Shown one piece after another: positions 1-8,081 of a DNA stretch of 64,000 nucleotides; within the stretch, counting starts at the first letter, position 1, and every line of letters starts with the position of its first letter. The notes under the pieces were generated by a model, which had not been told where the DNA came from, made no database searches, and worked only from the letters and a program-made list of their open reading frames with translations. The translations under genes were made by a program, and so were the position numbers. The stretch covers positions 16,165 to 80,164 of the forward strand of contig DXEA01000114.1 in NCBI GenBank assembly GCA_019115225.1, in the 5' to 3' direction. Source of the stretch: Candidatus Evtepia faecigallinarum. Lineage in GTDB: Bacteria > Bacillota > Clostridia > Oscillospirales > Oscillospiraceae.

Positions 1-410
1 GGGAAGTAGCTGGACAGCTCGTTGAGGAACACGTCCCCCGGGGTGATGGTGCGGTAGATGGCCAAGGTCTCCAGCAGGACCACCTTGGGCTTCTGCTTCT
101 CAAAGGCCCGCTCCAGCATGATTTTGCTATACGTGAGTTTTTGGGCACTGGTGGCACAGACGTAGCTGGTGCCCCCGGTCTGCTTCCACAGCAGCAGGGG
201 AGAGACCGAGCGATAGGCCTCGCTGTCCCCGATGACGCACAGGTCGATGGTGTTGGCAGGCTCGCCCAGGATGCCGTTGGCGGCGGCGTGCTCCATGCCC
301 GCCTCTGTGGTGTTGTCCTTGGGCATCACGATCCAGGATACGACCAGCAGCAGCGCCACCATGGCCGCCGCCAGGGCGGCCAGCGCCAGGGCCCGTTTGA
401 AATAAACCAT
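1..410 (-). CDS. SGNH/GDSL-type accessory protein (DltD/AlgJ-like), N-terminal part only; the 3' end runs off the window
   Basis: Absent from the ORF track because it is open at the window edge. Manual minus-strand translation from the ATG at 410-408 gives MVYFKRALALAALAAAMVALLLVVSWIVMPKDNTTEAGMEH...IDLCVIGDSEAYRSVSPLLLW. This is an N-terminal TM anchor followed by a GDS block-I motif. It starts 11 nt after the MBOAT stop. Confidence 0.6.
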   Translation of the reverse strand, partial: MVYFKRALALAALAAAMVALLLVVSWIVMPKDNTTEAGMEHAAANGILGEPANTIDLCVIGDSEAYRSVSPLLLWKQTGGTSYVCATSAQKLTYSKIMLERAFEKQKPKVVLLETLAIYRTITPGDVFLNELSSYF

Positions 411-420
411 AGTGTATCTC

Positions 421-2022
421 CTAAAATCCCGCATAAATGGGGTCCAGGGGCACATATCCGTACCCGTATGCCCCAAACAGGATCACAGCCAGGAGCATGA
501 GGCAGCAGAGCCCATAGTGCGGCAGAATGTATGTTTGCCAAAAGCGGGGACCGGCGGGCTTGCCCCGCTCCCGCACAAGGCTGACCAGAAAGACCACCAC
601 CAGCATGGCGGCCACCATGAGCCAGTCCATCTTGTCCATGCCCATGGTGAAAATGGTTCGGTCGGCCAGGGAGTTCAGGGAGAACTCCCGGATCATCTTC
701 TCAAACATCTCCAGCCCTGCCCGCAGGCCGTTGGCCCGGAAGAAGAGCTCGCCGATGCACACCAGGATGCCGGTGCGCACGATCTGAAAGACCAGATAGG
801 GCTTGTTGGTGGGGGAGATATGGAGTTTCCTCTTCAGGGCCTTGGTGTACGGGCCGGTGAGGTTTGCCAGCAGGATGCAGGCGAAGTGGTACATGCCAAA
901 AAAGAGATAGCTCCAGGCCGCCCCGTGCCACAGGCCGTTGCATACCCACACCAGAAACAGGGCGATGGTCCCGGCCACCAGGGGGCCGAAGTGGTTGCCC
1001 AGGCGCTTGCGGGCCCGGCCGGTGAGCTTTTTCAGGGGGCCGGACATGGACACGGGATAGAAGATATAGTCCTTGAACCAGGCGCCCAGGGTGATGTGCC
1101 AGCGCTGCCAGAACTCCGAGATGGATTTGGAGAAAAAGGGCTGGCGGAAATTCTCGGGCAGCTGGAAGCCCAAAATCTGCCCGGTGCCCACGGCCAGGTC
1201 CATGGTGCCGGAAAAGTCCATGTAGAGCTGGATGGTGTAGCCCACCGCCGCCAGGGCGATGACGAAGCCGTCGTAGTTTTCATACTGGGTGAACACGGTC
1301 TGGATGAACAGGTTCAGCCGGTCGGCCACGATGATCTTTTTCATCAGGCCGAACAGACACCGCTGCAGCCCCAGGGCAAAGTTCCGGCGGCGGATGGGGG
1401 GCGCGCTCCAGATCTGGGGGGCGGTCTGGTCATAGCGGCAGATGGGGCCCTCCATGATCTGGGGAAAGAAGCTCATGTACAGGGCCAGGCGGAGGAGGTT
1501 CCGGTCGGCCTGGATCTTTTGCCGGTGAACATCGAACAGATAGGACATGGCCTGCATGGTGTAGAAGGAGATGCCCATGGGCAGCAGCAGCTTGGGTACC
1601 TCCACCTGCCAGGAGAGGTGGAGCAGCTGGAAGAAGCTGTTGATGTTGACCGCGAAAAAGGGGCTGTATTTCAGCCCCACCAGCACCCCCAACTGCAGCA
1701 GGACGGCAAAGGCCAGCACCTGCCGCTGCCGCCGGCGGGCGGCTGTCCGCAGGGCCCGCCGTTCCTCCTTGGGCGCGGCCTCCAGGGCCTGGGCGGCGGA
1801 GCGCTGCAGATCTGTCAGCCATAAGCCCATGTGGTGCATGGACAGAATGGAAAAGAGCAGATAGAGGAGCAACTTTCCGCTCACCGCCCAGAAGAACAGA
1901 AAGCTCATCCCCAGCAGCACCGCCCGCCGGCCCCGCTGGGGCATCACCCAGTACAGGGCCAGGGCGGCCGGCAGGAAGAGGCCTAAGTAAGCCGCGGAAA
2001 AGTAGGACGACAGGGAGAGCAT
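421..2022 (-). CDS. MBOAT family O-acyltransferase (DltB/AlgI-like), 533 aa
   Basis: Polytopic hydrophobic protein with typical MBOAT sequence (..FYTMQAMSYLFDV.., ..FWQRWHITLGAWFKDYIFYP.. containing the conserved His). Its start lies 2 nt after the carrier-protein stop. Confidence 0.85.
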   Translation of the reverse strand: MLSLSSYFSAAYLGLFLPAALALYWVMPQRGRRAVLLGMSFLFFWAVSGKLLLYLLFSILSMHHMGLWLTDLQRSAAQALEAAPKEERRALRTAARRRQRQVLAFAVLLQLGVLVGLKYSPFFAVNINSFFQLLHLSWQVEVPKLLLPMGISFYTMQAMSYLFDVHRQKIQADRNLLRLALYMSFFPQIMEGPICRYDQTAPQIWSAPPIRRRNFALGLQRCLFGLMKKIIVADRLNLFIQTVFTQYENYDGFVIALAAVGYTIQLYMDFSGTMDLAVGTGQILGFQLPENFRQPFFSKSISEFWQRWHITLGAWFKDYIFYPVSMSGPLKKLTGRARKRLGNHFGPLVAGTIALFLVWVCNGLWHGAAWSYLFFGMYHFACILLANLTGPYTKALKRKLHISPTNKPYLVFQIVRTGILVCIGELFFRANGLRAGLEMFEKMIREFSLNSLADRTIFTMGMDKMDWLMVAAMLVVVFLVSLVRERGKPAGPRFWQTYILPHYGLCCLMLLAVILFGAYGYGYVPLDPIYAGF

Positions 2023-2023
2023 T

Positions 2024-2254
2024 TCACCCGTCCTCGCGCAGCCGCTGGATCAGGTCCCAGAGCCTGGCGGCAGAGTTGAAGTTTTCCGGAACGATCTCTA
2101 CCGTGGGGATGATGATGTCAAAGACCTCTTCCACCTCGGCCACCAGGGCCAGGATGTCTAAGGAGTCGAGGAAATGGCCGTCGATGAGGGTGTCGCAGTG
2201 GTCATAGTCCACGTTGGGCTGGATCTCGCGCAAAATCTCCAAAAGCTGTTCCAT
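2024..2254 (-). CDS. Acyl/D-alanyl carrier protein (DltC-like), 76 aa
   Basis: Small acidic protein with a ..GHFLDSLDILALV.. phosphopantetheine-attachment Ser motif. It sits between the decarboxylase and the MBOAT gene. Confidence 0.8.
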   Translation of the reverse strand: MEQLLEILREIQPNVDYDHCDTLIDGHFLDSLDILALVAEVEEVFDIIIPTVEIVPENFNSAARLWDLIQRLREDG

Positions 2255-2255
2255 G

Positions 2256-3455
2256 TCAGATGTCCTCCTTGGTGTCGTAGTGGGGGGTGTTGAGAAAATG
2301 GATCTGCCGGGCCTGGCGCAGGGTGCGGATCTGTCCGTCCTGCTGGCGCAGCAGGATTTGGGGCAAATCCCGGCTGAGGAAGAGGGCGATGCCCTCGGTC
2401 ATGCAGTAGGCCCCGGCGCGGTCAAAGACCAGCACATCCCCCAGGCGCAGGTCGGGCAGGGGGAGCTGCTTGACCAGCAGGTCGTTGATGGTACACAGGG
2501 CCCCGCAGATGTTCCACTTCTGCAGGGGCTCGCCCTGGCGCAGGGGGAAGGCGGTGACCGGGGGGCGGTGCATGGCCAGGCTCTGGCCGTAATAGACCAG
2601 CTGGTGGATGCCGCCGTCCACGATGGCGTAGTTCTGGCCGCCGTTGGTCTTGCGATCCACCACCTTGGTGACGTAGCGGCCGCAGGTGGCGGCGATGCTC
2701 CGGCCCAGCTCCAGCACGATCTTGCCCCGGTAGTTCATCTGGGCAAACAAGGCGGCGGCCTGGCGGAGGAACGCCTCCTCCTGCTGGGGGTCCGGCCGGT
2801 CAAAGTAGTCGATGGGGAAGCCGGGGCCGAACTCCAGCTCCCCGACGGGGGCGCCCAGGCGCTGGTGGAGATGGGCAAGAAATTCGTCCAGCATACCAAG
2901 CTCCCGGGCCAACCGTTTGAGGGAGGTCTTTTGGGTGCCGGAGAAATACTGGACCCCGCGAATCTCCAAAACCTCACTGTGCCGGTGCAGGGCGAACAGG
3001 TTTTCCAACTCATCCTTTTCCAGGCCGAACTGGTTGCCGCTGGTCAGCCGCAGCAGCAGGGAGAGCTTTTTGCCGGTAACCTGGGCGGCGTGGTGGAGAA
3101 GCTCAAACTGCTGCAAGGACTCCACCGTAAAGATCATCTCCTCCCCCTGCCGGGCCACCAGGTCCTGCAGCCAGGCGGGGTCCTTGTAGACCCCGGAAAT
3201 GACGAACTGACCGGGGGGCAGGTCCAGCTGGTCGCAGATGGCATACTCGCCGGGGGAGCAGAGCTCCAGCCGGGCCACCAGGGGGCTGACCTCCCGGGCC
3301 AGGAAGGGGTTGGCCTTCAGGGCATAGCACAGCTCCACCTGCCCGGGCAGCAGGGTTTGGAGAAACCGGACGCGCTGCTGGAGCTGCCCGGCATCGAAGA
3401 GATAAAAGGGGGTCTGGTGGGTCTGTAGCAGAGAGAGCACTTCCTGTTCAAACAC
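2256..3455 (-). CDS. PLP-dependent decarboxylase, Orn/DAP/Arg decarboxylase family (fold type III), 399 aa
   Basis: N-terminus TPFYLFD...ELCYALKANP (PLP-Lys motif). Also has ..YFSGTQ.. and the C-terminal ..DRAGAYCMTEG.. typical of group IV decarboxylases. It overlaps the adenylase stop by 8 nt. Confidence 0.8.
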   Translation of the reverse strand: MFEQEVLSLLQTHQTPFYLFDAGQLQQRVRFLQTLLPGQVELCYALKANPFLAREVSPLVARLELCSPGEYAICDQLDLPPGQFVISGVYKDPAWLQDLVARQGEEMIFTVESLQQFELLHHAAQVTGKKLSLLLRLTSGNQFGLEKDELENLFALHRHSEVLEIRGVQYFSGTQKTSLKRLARELGMLDEFLAHLHQRLGAPVGELEFGPGFPIDYFDRPDPQQEEAFLRQAAALFAQMNYRGKIVLELGRSIAATCGRYVTKVVDRKTNGGQNYAIVDGGIHQLVYYGQSLAMHRPPVTAFPLRQGEPLQKWNICGALCTINDLLVKQLPLPDLRLGDVLVFDRAGAYCMTEGIALFLSRDLPQILLRQQDGQIRTLRQARQIHFLNTPHYDTKEDI

Positions 3456-4962
3456 GTTCCCATCCTCCTTCCAGCAGCTTGCGGCGGTCGGTCTTTCCGT
3501 TTTTGGTCAGGGGGAAGTCGGGGACCTGGGCCAAGGTGTTGGGGACCATGAAGGCGGGCAGCTGCTCCCGCAGCTGGCTGCGCAGGGCAGTGGCGTCCAT
3601 CTGGCCGATGTAGTAGCCCCGGATCTTCTGCTTTTCCCCATCAAAGATGCAGCAGCACCGCTCCACCTGGGGAAAGGCGGCGATGGCCCGCTCGATCTCT
3701 TCCAGCTCCACCCGGTGGCCCAGGTGCTTGATCTGAAAGTCCTTCCGGCCCCGGTAGAAAAACTCCCCGTCGCGGGAGAGCCGGCCCAGGTCGCCGGTGC
3801 GGTAGATCCGCTGGGGACACTGGGGGGTGCGGGGGTCGGGGAGGAAGGCGGCGGCGGTCTGCTCCGGGGCGTTGTAGTAGCCCAGGGCCAGGGCGGTGCC
3901 CCGGACGCAGATCTCGCCCACCACGTCGGGCTCCCGGATCTCCTGGTCGGCCTCGTCCAGCAGGAAGACCTCCTCGTTGGGGAAGGGCTGGCCGATGGGC
4001 AGGCCCTGGCTGTAGTCCCGCTGCCGGTCCAGGATGTGATAGGTGCAGTTGCAGGTGATCTCCGTGGGGCCGTAGAGGTTGACGAACTGGGCCTGGGGGA
4101 GCTTGTCCATCCACTGGCGCAGATGCTTCAGGGGCATGACCTCACCGCTGAAGAGGACCTTGCGCACCGTCTCCGGCGTGCGGTAGTCCAGGCCGTGGAG
4201 GGTGCTGATGAGGCACAGGGCGGACACGGCCCAGATCATGGTGGTGATCTCCTGCTGGCAGAGGTAGTCCACCAGCTCCTTGGGGCGGGAGAAGAGGCGG
4301 CGGGGCACGATGACCAGGGTGGCCCCGGTTTTGAGACAGGAGTAGATGTCCTTGACGGAGACATCGAAATCAAAGGGGGCCTGGTTGGCCAGCTTATCCT
4401 GGGCCGTCAGGGCGAAAATGTCGGTAAAGGGGTCGATGAAGTCCAGCACCGAGCGGTGGCTGATGACCACCCCCTTGGGTACCCCCGTGGAGCCGGAGGT
4501 GAAGTTGGCGTACAGGGGATCGGTGTCGATCATGCCGGCCCGGATCTCTGCCAGCCGGTCCTCCTCGGGGGAGACGCTGCACAGCTTTTCCACCAACAGG
4601 ATGGCGTGCTGGGGGAAAAGCTGCTCCATGGTCTTTTGGTGGGCCCGGTCGGTGATGACGCAGCGGGCCCCCAGGACGGACTGGATCTGCCTCAGCCGGG
4701 TTTCAGGAAGCTCTGTATTGAAGGAGACATAAAACCCGCCGGCATATACCGTGCCCAAAAACGCGGCCAGGGCGGCCCCGCTCTGCTCCAGGTAGACCGC
4801 CACCGGCTCCCGGGGGGCGATGAAGTAAGACAGCGCCGTGCCGATGCTGCGGGCCAGCTGTTCCAGCTGTTCAAAGCGATAGCTTCTGTGCTCGTCCACG
4901 CAGGCCAGCTTGTCCGGCATGGCAGCGGCGGTTTTCTCCAGATATTGGAGAACGTTATTCAT
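3448..4962 (-). CDS. Amino-acid adenylation enzyme / D-alanine--carrier protein ligase-like (DltA-like), 504 aa
   Basis: ANL superfamily motifs FTSGSTGVPKGV, YGPTE, YRTGDL and the C-terminal ..LTKNGKTDRRKL. The size and single-domain layout match DltA. Confidence 0.85.
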   Translation of the reverse strand: MNNVLQYLEKTAAAMPDKLACVDEHRSYRFEQLEQLARSIGTALSYFIAPREPVAVYLEQSGAALAAFLGTVYAGGFYVSFNTELPETRLRQIQSVLGARCVITDRAHQKTMEQLFPQHAILLVEKLCSVSPEEDRLAEIRAGMIDTDPLYANFTSGSTGVPKGVVISHRSVLDFIDPFTDIFALTAQDKLANQAPFDFDVSVKDIYSCLKTGATLVIVPRRLFSRPKELVDYLCQQEITTMIWAVSALCLISTLHGLDYRTPETVRKVLFSGEVMPLKHLRQWMDKLPQAQFVNLYGPTEITCNCTYHILDRQRDYSQGLPIGQPFPNEEVFLLDEADQEIREPDVVGEICVRGTALALGYYNAPEQTAAAFLPDPRTPQCPQRIYRTGDLGRLSRDGEFFYRGRKDFQIKHLGHRVELEEIERAIAAFPQVERCCCIFDGEKQKIRGYYIGQMDATALRSQLREQLPAFMVPNTLAQVPDFPLTKNGKTDRRKLLEGGWERV

Positions 4963-5008
4963 GGGGAATCACCTGCTTTCTCAGATGGTGCATTGGTCTG
5001 CTGAACTC

Positions 5009-5062
5009 AGGATAGCAGGCACAGCTTAAGGGTTTGCGAATGAATATCTTAACGTTTCTTAA
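5009..5062 (-). promoter_or_regulatory. Tripartite direct-repeat operator plus -10 element upstream of the dlt-like operon
   Basis: The minus strand reads TTAAGAA-acg-TTAAGAT-N16-TTAAGCT-N8-TATCCT. The hexamer ends 46 nt upstream of the ATG at 4962. The spacing is identical to the plus-strand copy at 5270-5323. Confidence 0.6.
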
Positions 5063-5269
5063 AGTCATTTCCCGGCGGGAGAGGGGGGAGAGAACTTTCT
5101 GGATTTTTAAGAATTTCTTCACCGTTTTTTTCGCAAAACCTTATGAAAAAATAGAAACTCTCTGCTAAACTGACTACCAACCACCGTGGTTCTTATCCTG
5201 TTCCTTATCTAAAAAAGGCCGTCCAAACCGTGCCGGCGGGCGCGTTTTTTTGCCAGAAAACTTGGGCAA

Positions 5270-5323
5270 TTAAGAATCGTTAAGAAGTTCCGTCCGGAAG
5301 CATTAAGAAATGGCGGCTAAAAT
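5270..5323 (+). promoter_or_regulatory. Tripartite direct-repeat operator plus -10 element upstream of the lipoprotein-RR-HK operon
   Basis: The plus strand reads TTAAGAA-tcg-TTAAGAA-N16-TTAAGAA-N8-TAAAAT. The first two repeats have 10-bp phasing, typical of OmpR/PhoB-type response regulator sites. Confidence 0.6.
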
Positions 5324-5397
5324 GACGGCCAACAGGAAATCCCCCCCGTCACGGGCGAGGAACCTGAAATCAAACCAAAGGAAAGGAAGTACGAACC

Positions 5398-5781
5398 ATG
5401 ATGCGTACCACTGGAAAGATGAAAACGAAGAACGTGCTGGCCCTGGCCATGGCACTGCTGCTCTCCCTGTCCCTGCTGGCCGGCTGCGGCAGCCAGAAGG
5501 GCAGTGAGGATCAGAAGGACACCCAGCAGACCCAGACCCAGGAAGCTGAGCAGAAGGACAGCAAGCAGCAGGAGAGCAAGGACCAGAAGAAGGACACCGG
5601 CAAGGAGTCCAAGGACGCGAAAGACACCCAGGACGACACCAAAGACAGCAAAGACACCAAGGACACTGAGGACAGCAAGGACACCGCCAAAACCGACACC
5701 GGCAAGGCCAAGGAGAGCAGCAAGAGCACCACTGCCAAGCAGAGCACCTCCGGCAGCCAGCGTACCGGCAAGAAAAGCTGA
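5398..5781 (+). CDS. Lipoprotein with a low-complexity K/D/T/S/Q-rich mature part, 127 aa
   Basis: Signal peptide with lipobox LLAGC (..ALLLSLSLLAGCGSQ..). The remainder is repetitive KDT/KDS/QKD. RBS aaaggaaagga lies upstream. Confidence 0.7.
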   Translation: MMRTTGKMKTKNVLALAMALLLSLSLLAGCGSQKGSEDQKDTQQTQTQEAEQKDSKQQESKDQKKDTGKESKDAKDTQDDTKDSKDTKDTEDSKDTAKTDTGKAKESSKSTTAKQSTSGSQRTGKKS

Positions 5782-5819
5782 GAGCATTGCGCTGGCACCC
5801 TGCGCACACCGCGCATCCA

Positions 5820-5855
5820 GGGGCCCCTCCCGCACAAGCCTGCGGGAGGGCCCCC
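5820..5855 (+). terminator. GC-rich intra-operon hairpin (possible partial terminator or mRNA stabiliser) between the lipoprotein gene and the RR gene
   Basis: Stem ggggcccctcccgca / tgcgggagggcccc of about 13-14 bp with a 6-nt loop. The U-tract is weak (cattct). Confidence 0.4.
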
Positions 5856-5880
5856 ATTCTGACGAAACGGAGAGGCCACC

Positions 5881-6606
5881 ATGAATGTGCAGACCATTCT
5901 CATCGTGGACGATGACACCGAGATCCGGGAAGGACTCCGCATCCTTCTCAGCGGCGAAAACTATACGATCCTGGAGGCGGCTGACGGGAAGCAGGCCCTG
6001 GACCAGATGTCGGACACCATCGACCTGGTCATTCTGGACATCATGATGCCCGGCATGTCGGGGCTGCATGTCTGCGAAGAGATCCGCAAGCAGTGGGCCG
6101 TGCCCATCCTCTTCCTCACTGCCAAGGCCCAGGAGTCGGACAAGCTGGTGGGACTCATCGCCGGCGGGGACGACTATTTGCCAAAACCCTTTTCCTATGC
6201 CGAGCTCATGGGCCGGGTCAAGGCCCTGCTGCGCCGTTATTGCGTCTACCGGGGCAAGGCCCAGACCGGGATGCTGAGTCAGGACAACATCCTCACCACC
6301 CGGGGCCTGAAGCTCAGCCTGGATTACAACCAGGTGTGGGTGAGGGGACAGGAGGTGGAGCTGACAGAGCTGGAGTACAAGATCCTGCGCCTGCTCATGC
6401 AGAACCCCCAGCGGGTCTTTTCCACCCAGAATATCTATGAGAGCGTTTGGGGCGAGCCCTATTTTTACATTTCCAACGGCACCGTCATGGTGCACATCCG
6501 CAAGCTGCGGGTGAAGATCGAGGAGGACCCGCAGAACCCCCGCTATCTGAAAACCGTATGGGGAAAGGGGTATCGTTTTGAAGTCAGTGCAGACCAAGAG
6601 CCGTAA
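5881..6606 (+). CDS. OmpR/PhoB-family response regulator, 241 aa
   Basis: Receiver domain (ILIVDDD..., LVILDIMMPGMSG, ..FLTAK.., DDYLPKPF) plus a winged-helix C-terminus (..LTELEYKILRLLM.., ..YLKTVWGKGYRF). Confidence 0.9.
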   Translation: MNVQTILIVDDDTEIREGLRILLSGENYTILEAADGKQALDQMSDTIDLVILDIMMPGMSGLHVCEEIRKQWAVPILFLTAKAQESDKLVGLIAGGDDYLPKPFSYAELMGRVKALLRRYCVYRGKAQTGMLSQDNILTTRGLKLSLDYNQVWVRGQEVELTELEYKILRLLMQNPQRVFSTQNIYESVWGEPYFYISNGTVMVHIRKLRVKIEEDPQNPRYLKTVWGKGYRFEVSADQEP

Positions 6607-7903
6607 GCCCAGCAGTCTCACCGCCCAGTTTGCGGGGCTGCTGTGTCTGGCCAGCCTGGCCGGTGTGGTGCTCTTTTTCCTCCTGCGCACCGGTGGGGAT
6701 ACCCTGATCCGCAGCTATTTTTACCACTCCAATTTCCAGCAGCGCTATGTGGAGCACAAAATCGAATCCCTCCAGCAGTATGTGATAGAGAACGACCTGA
6801 CCGCCCAGGATGCCGACGGGCTGAACCAGTGGGTCAGAAAGACCCCCCTTACCCTCATGGCGGTCTACCGGGACAACATCCTGCTCTATGCCTCCTCCGC
6901 GCCGGAGCAGGCCGTTGCTGGGGAGAGTGAGGCGGAGACCCCGTATTATGATTGGGTGTCCTACTATACCGTCACCTTTGCCGACGGGGAGGCAGAGGTG
7001 GTCCTGTATACCGGCAGCACCTATCTGTGGTTTACCTACCTGACCATCGTCAGCCTGCTGCTGTCCTTCCTGTTCTTCCTGGCCATCATCACCGTCAAGA
7101 GCAGGGGGCTGGTGCGGTACATCGGCCAGCTCAGCGATCAGATCCAGGCCATGGAGGGGGGCGACCTGGACCAGGCCATCCTCATCCAGGGCAACAACGA
7201 GCTCTCCCGGCTGGCCCAGGGCCTGGACGCCATGCGCCAGTCCTTCAAGGAGCAGACGGAGCGGGAAAAGGCCATTTTCCGGGCCAACCAGACCATGATC
7301 ACCCAGATGTCCCACGACCTGCGCACCCCCCTGACCGCCTTGCAGATCTATACCGATATCCTCCGCTACCGGAAGTTTGCCGACCGGGGCCAGAGCGATG
7401 AGTATCTGAACAAAATCGACACCAAGGTGGCCCAGATCAAGCAGCTGTCGGAAAACATTTTTGAATACTCCTTAGTCTCCGGCGTCCAGCAGATCGACTT
7501 AGAGCCTCCCCGCCCCGTGCGGGACGTGTTCCACGATACCCTGTCGGAGATGGTGGCCTATCTGGACCAGCACGGCTTTACCTTTGCCCTGGACCTGGAC
7601 TGGCCCCACCGGCAGATCGCCGTCTATCCCCAATACATCAAGCGGCTCATGGACAACGTCATCTCCAACATCACCAAATACGCCCAGCCGGCTGTGCCTG
7701 TGCGCATTGGGGTGAAGGACGAGGGGGAGACCGTCTGCCTGTCCTTTGCCAACGCCATCCGGCCGGACAGCTCCCAGCAGGACAGCAACCGCATCGGCCT
7801 GTCCAACATGCGGGCCATGATGGGCCGCATGGAAGGGGAGCTGCAGGTGTGCAGTGAAGATGGGACCTTTTCGGTCACCCTCTGTTTTCCTGCACGGTGC
7901 TGA
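6578..7903 (+). CDS. Sensor histidine kinase (2 TM, HAMP, HisKA, HATPase), 441 aa
   Basis: TTG start 7 nt after gggaaagggg; overlaps the RR gene by 29 nt. H-box MSHDLRTPLTAL. There are two hydrophobic segments flanking a loop of about 110 aa. C-terminal ATPase motifs (..NITKYA.., ..GLSNMRAMM..). Confidence 0.85.
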   Translation: MKSVQTKSRKPSSLTAQFAGLLCLASLAGVVLFFLLRTGGDTLIRSYFYHSNFQQRYVEHKIESLQQYVIENDLTAQDADGLNQWVRKTPLTLMAVYRDNILLYASSAPEQAVAGESEAETPYYDWVSYYTVTFADGEAEVVLYTGSTYLWFTYLTIVSLLLSFLFFLAIITVKSRGLVRYIGQLSDQIQAMEGGDLDQAILIQGNNELSRLAQGLDAMRQSFKEQTEREKAIFRANQTMITQMSHDLRTPLTALQIYTDILRYRKFADRGQSDEYLNKIDTKVAQIKQLSENIFEYSLVSGVQQIDLEPPRPVRDVFHDTLSEMVAYLDQHGFTFALDLDWPHRQIAVYPQYIKRLMDNVISNITKYAQPAVPVRIGVKDEGETVCLSFANAIRPDSSQQDSNRIGLSNMRAMMGRMEGELQVCSEDGTFSVTLCFPARC

Positions 7904-8026
7904 GAGGACTGCCCGTCCCGCAGACGGCAACACCCCAGGTTTTGGCTCGCCTGGGGCGGCTGCTGTCCGCGGTGCCGGGAAGGTCCCGCCGCCCCCGCAC
8001 AGACGGGGACAGGTGCAGCACCGGAT

Positions 8027-8080
8027 AAAAAAACAGGCATCCATCCCAGCGTCTTTCGCTGAGGATGGATGCCTGTTTTT
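8027..8080. terminator. Bidirectional intrinsic terminator between the convergent HK and aldo/keto reductase genes
   Basis: Perfect 14-bp stem acaggcatccatcc (8033-8046) / ggatggatgcctgt (8063-8076), with an A-tract on one side and a T-tract on the other. Confidence 0.8.
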
Positions 8081-8081
8081 G

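Noticed and set aside
412-1824. 470-aa plus-strand ORF, with several smaller ones, overlapping the MBOAT gene
   Set aside because: It is antisense to a gene with clear MBOAT homology. The translation is G/A/P/H/Q/L-rich low-information sequence typical of shadow ORFs in high-GC DNA. There is no RBS.
5520-5720. Short periodic nucleotide repeats (aaagacacc / aaggacacc) considered as a tandem repeat or CRISPR-like array
   Set aside because: The repeats are 9-18 nt, imperfect, in frame, and encode the KDT/KDS low-complexity part of a lipoprotein. There is no repeat-spacer structure.
5317-6690. 457-aa minus-strand ORF covering the lipoprotein and response-regulator genes
   Set aside because: It is antisense to two well-supported genes. 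The product has no recognisable motifs and its composition is skewed (L/G/A/V/H).
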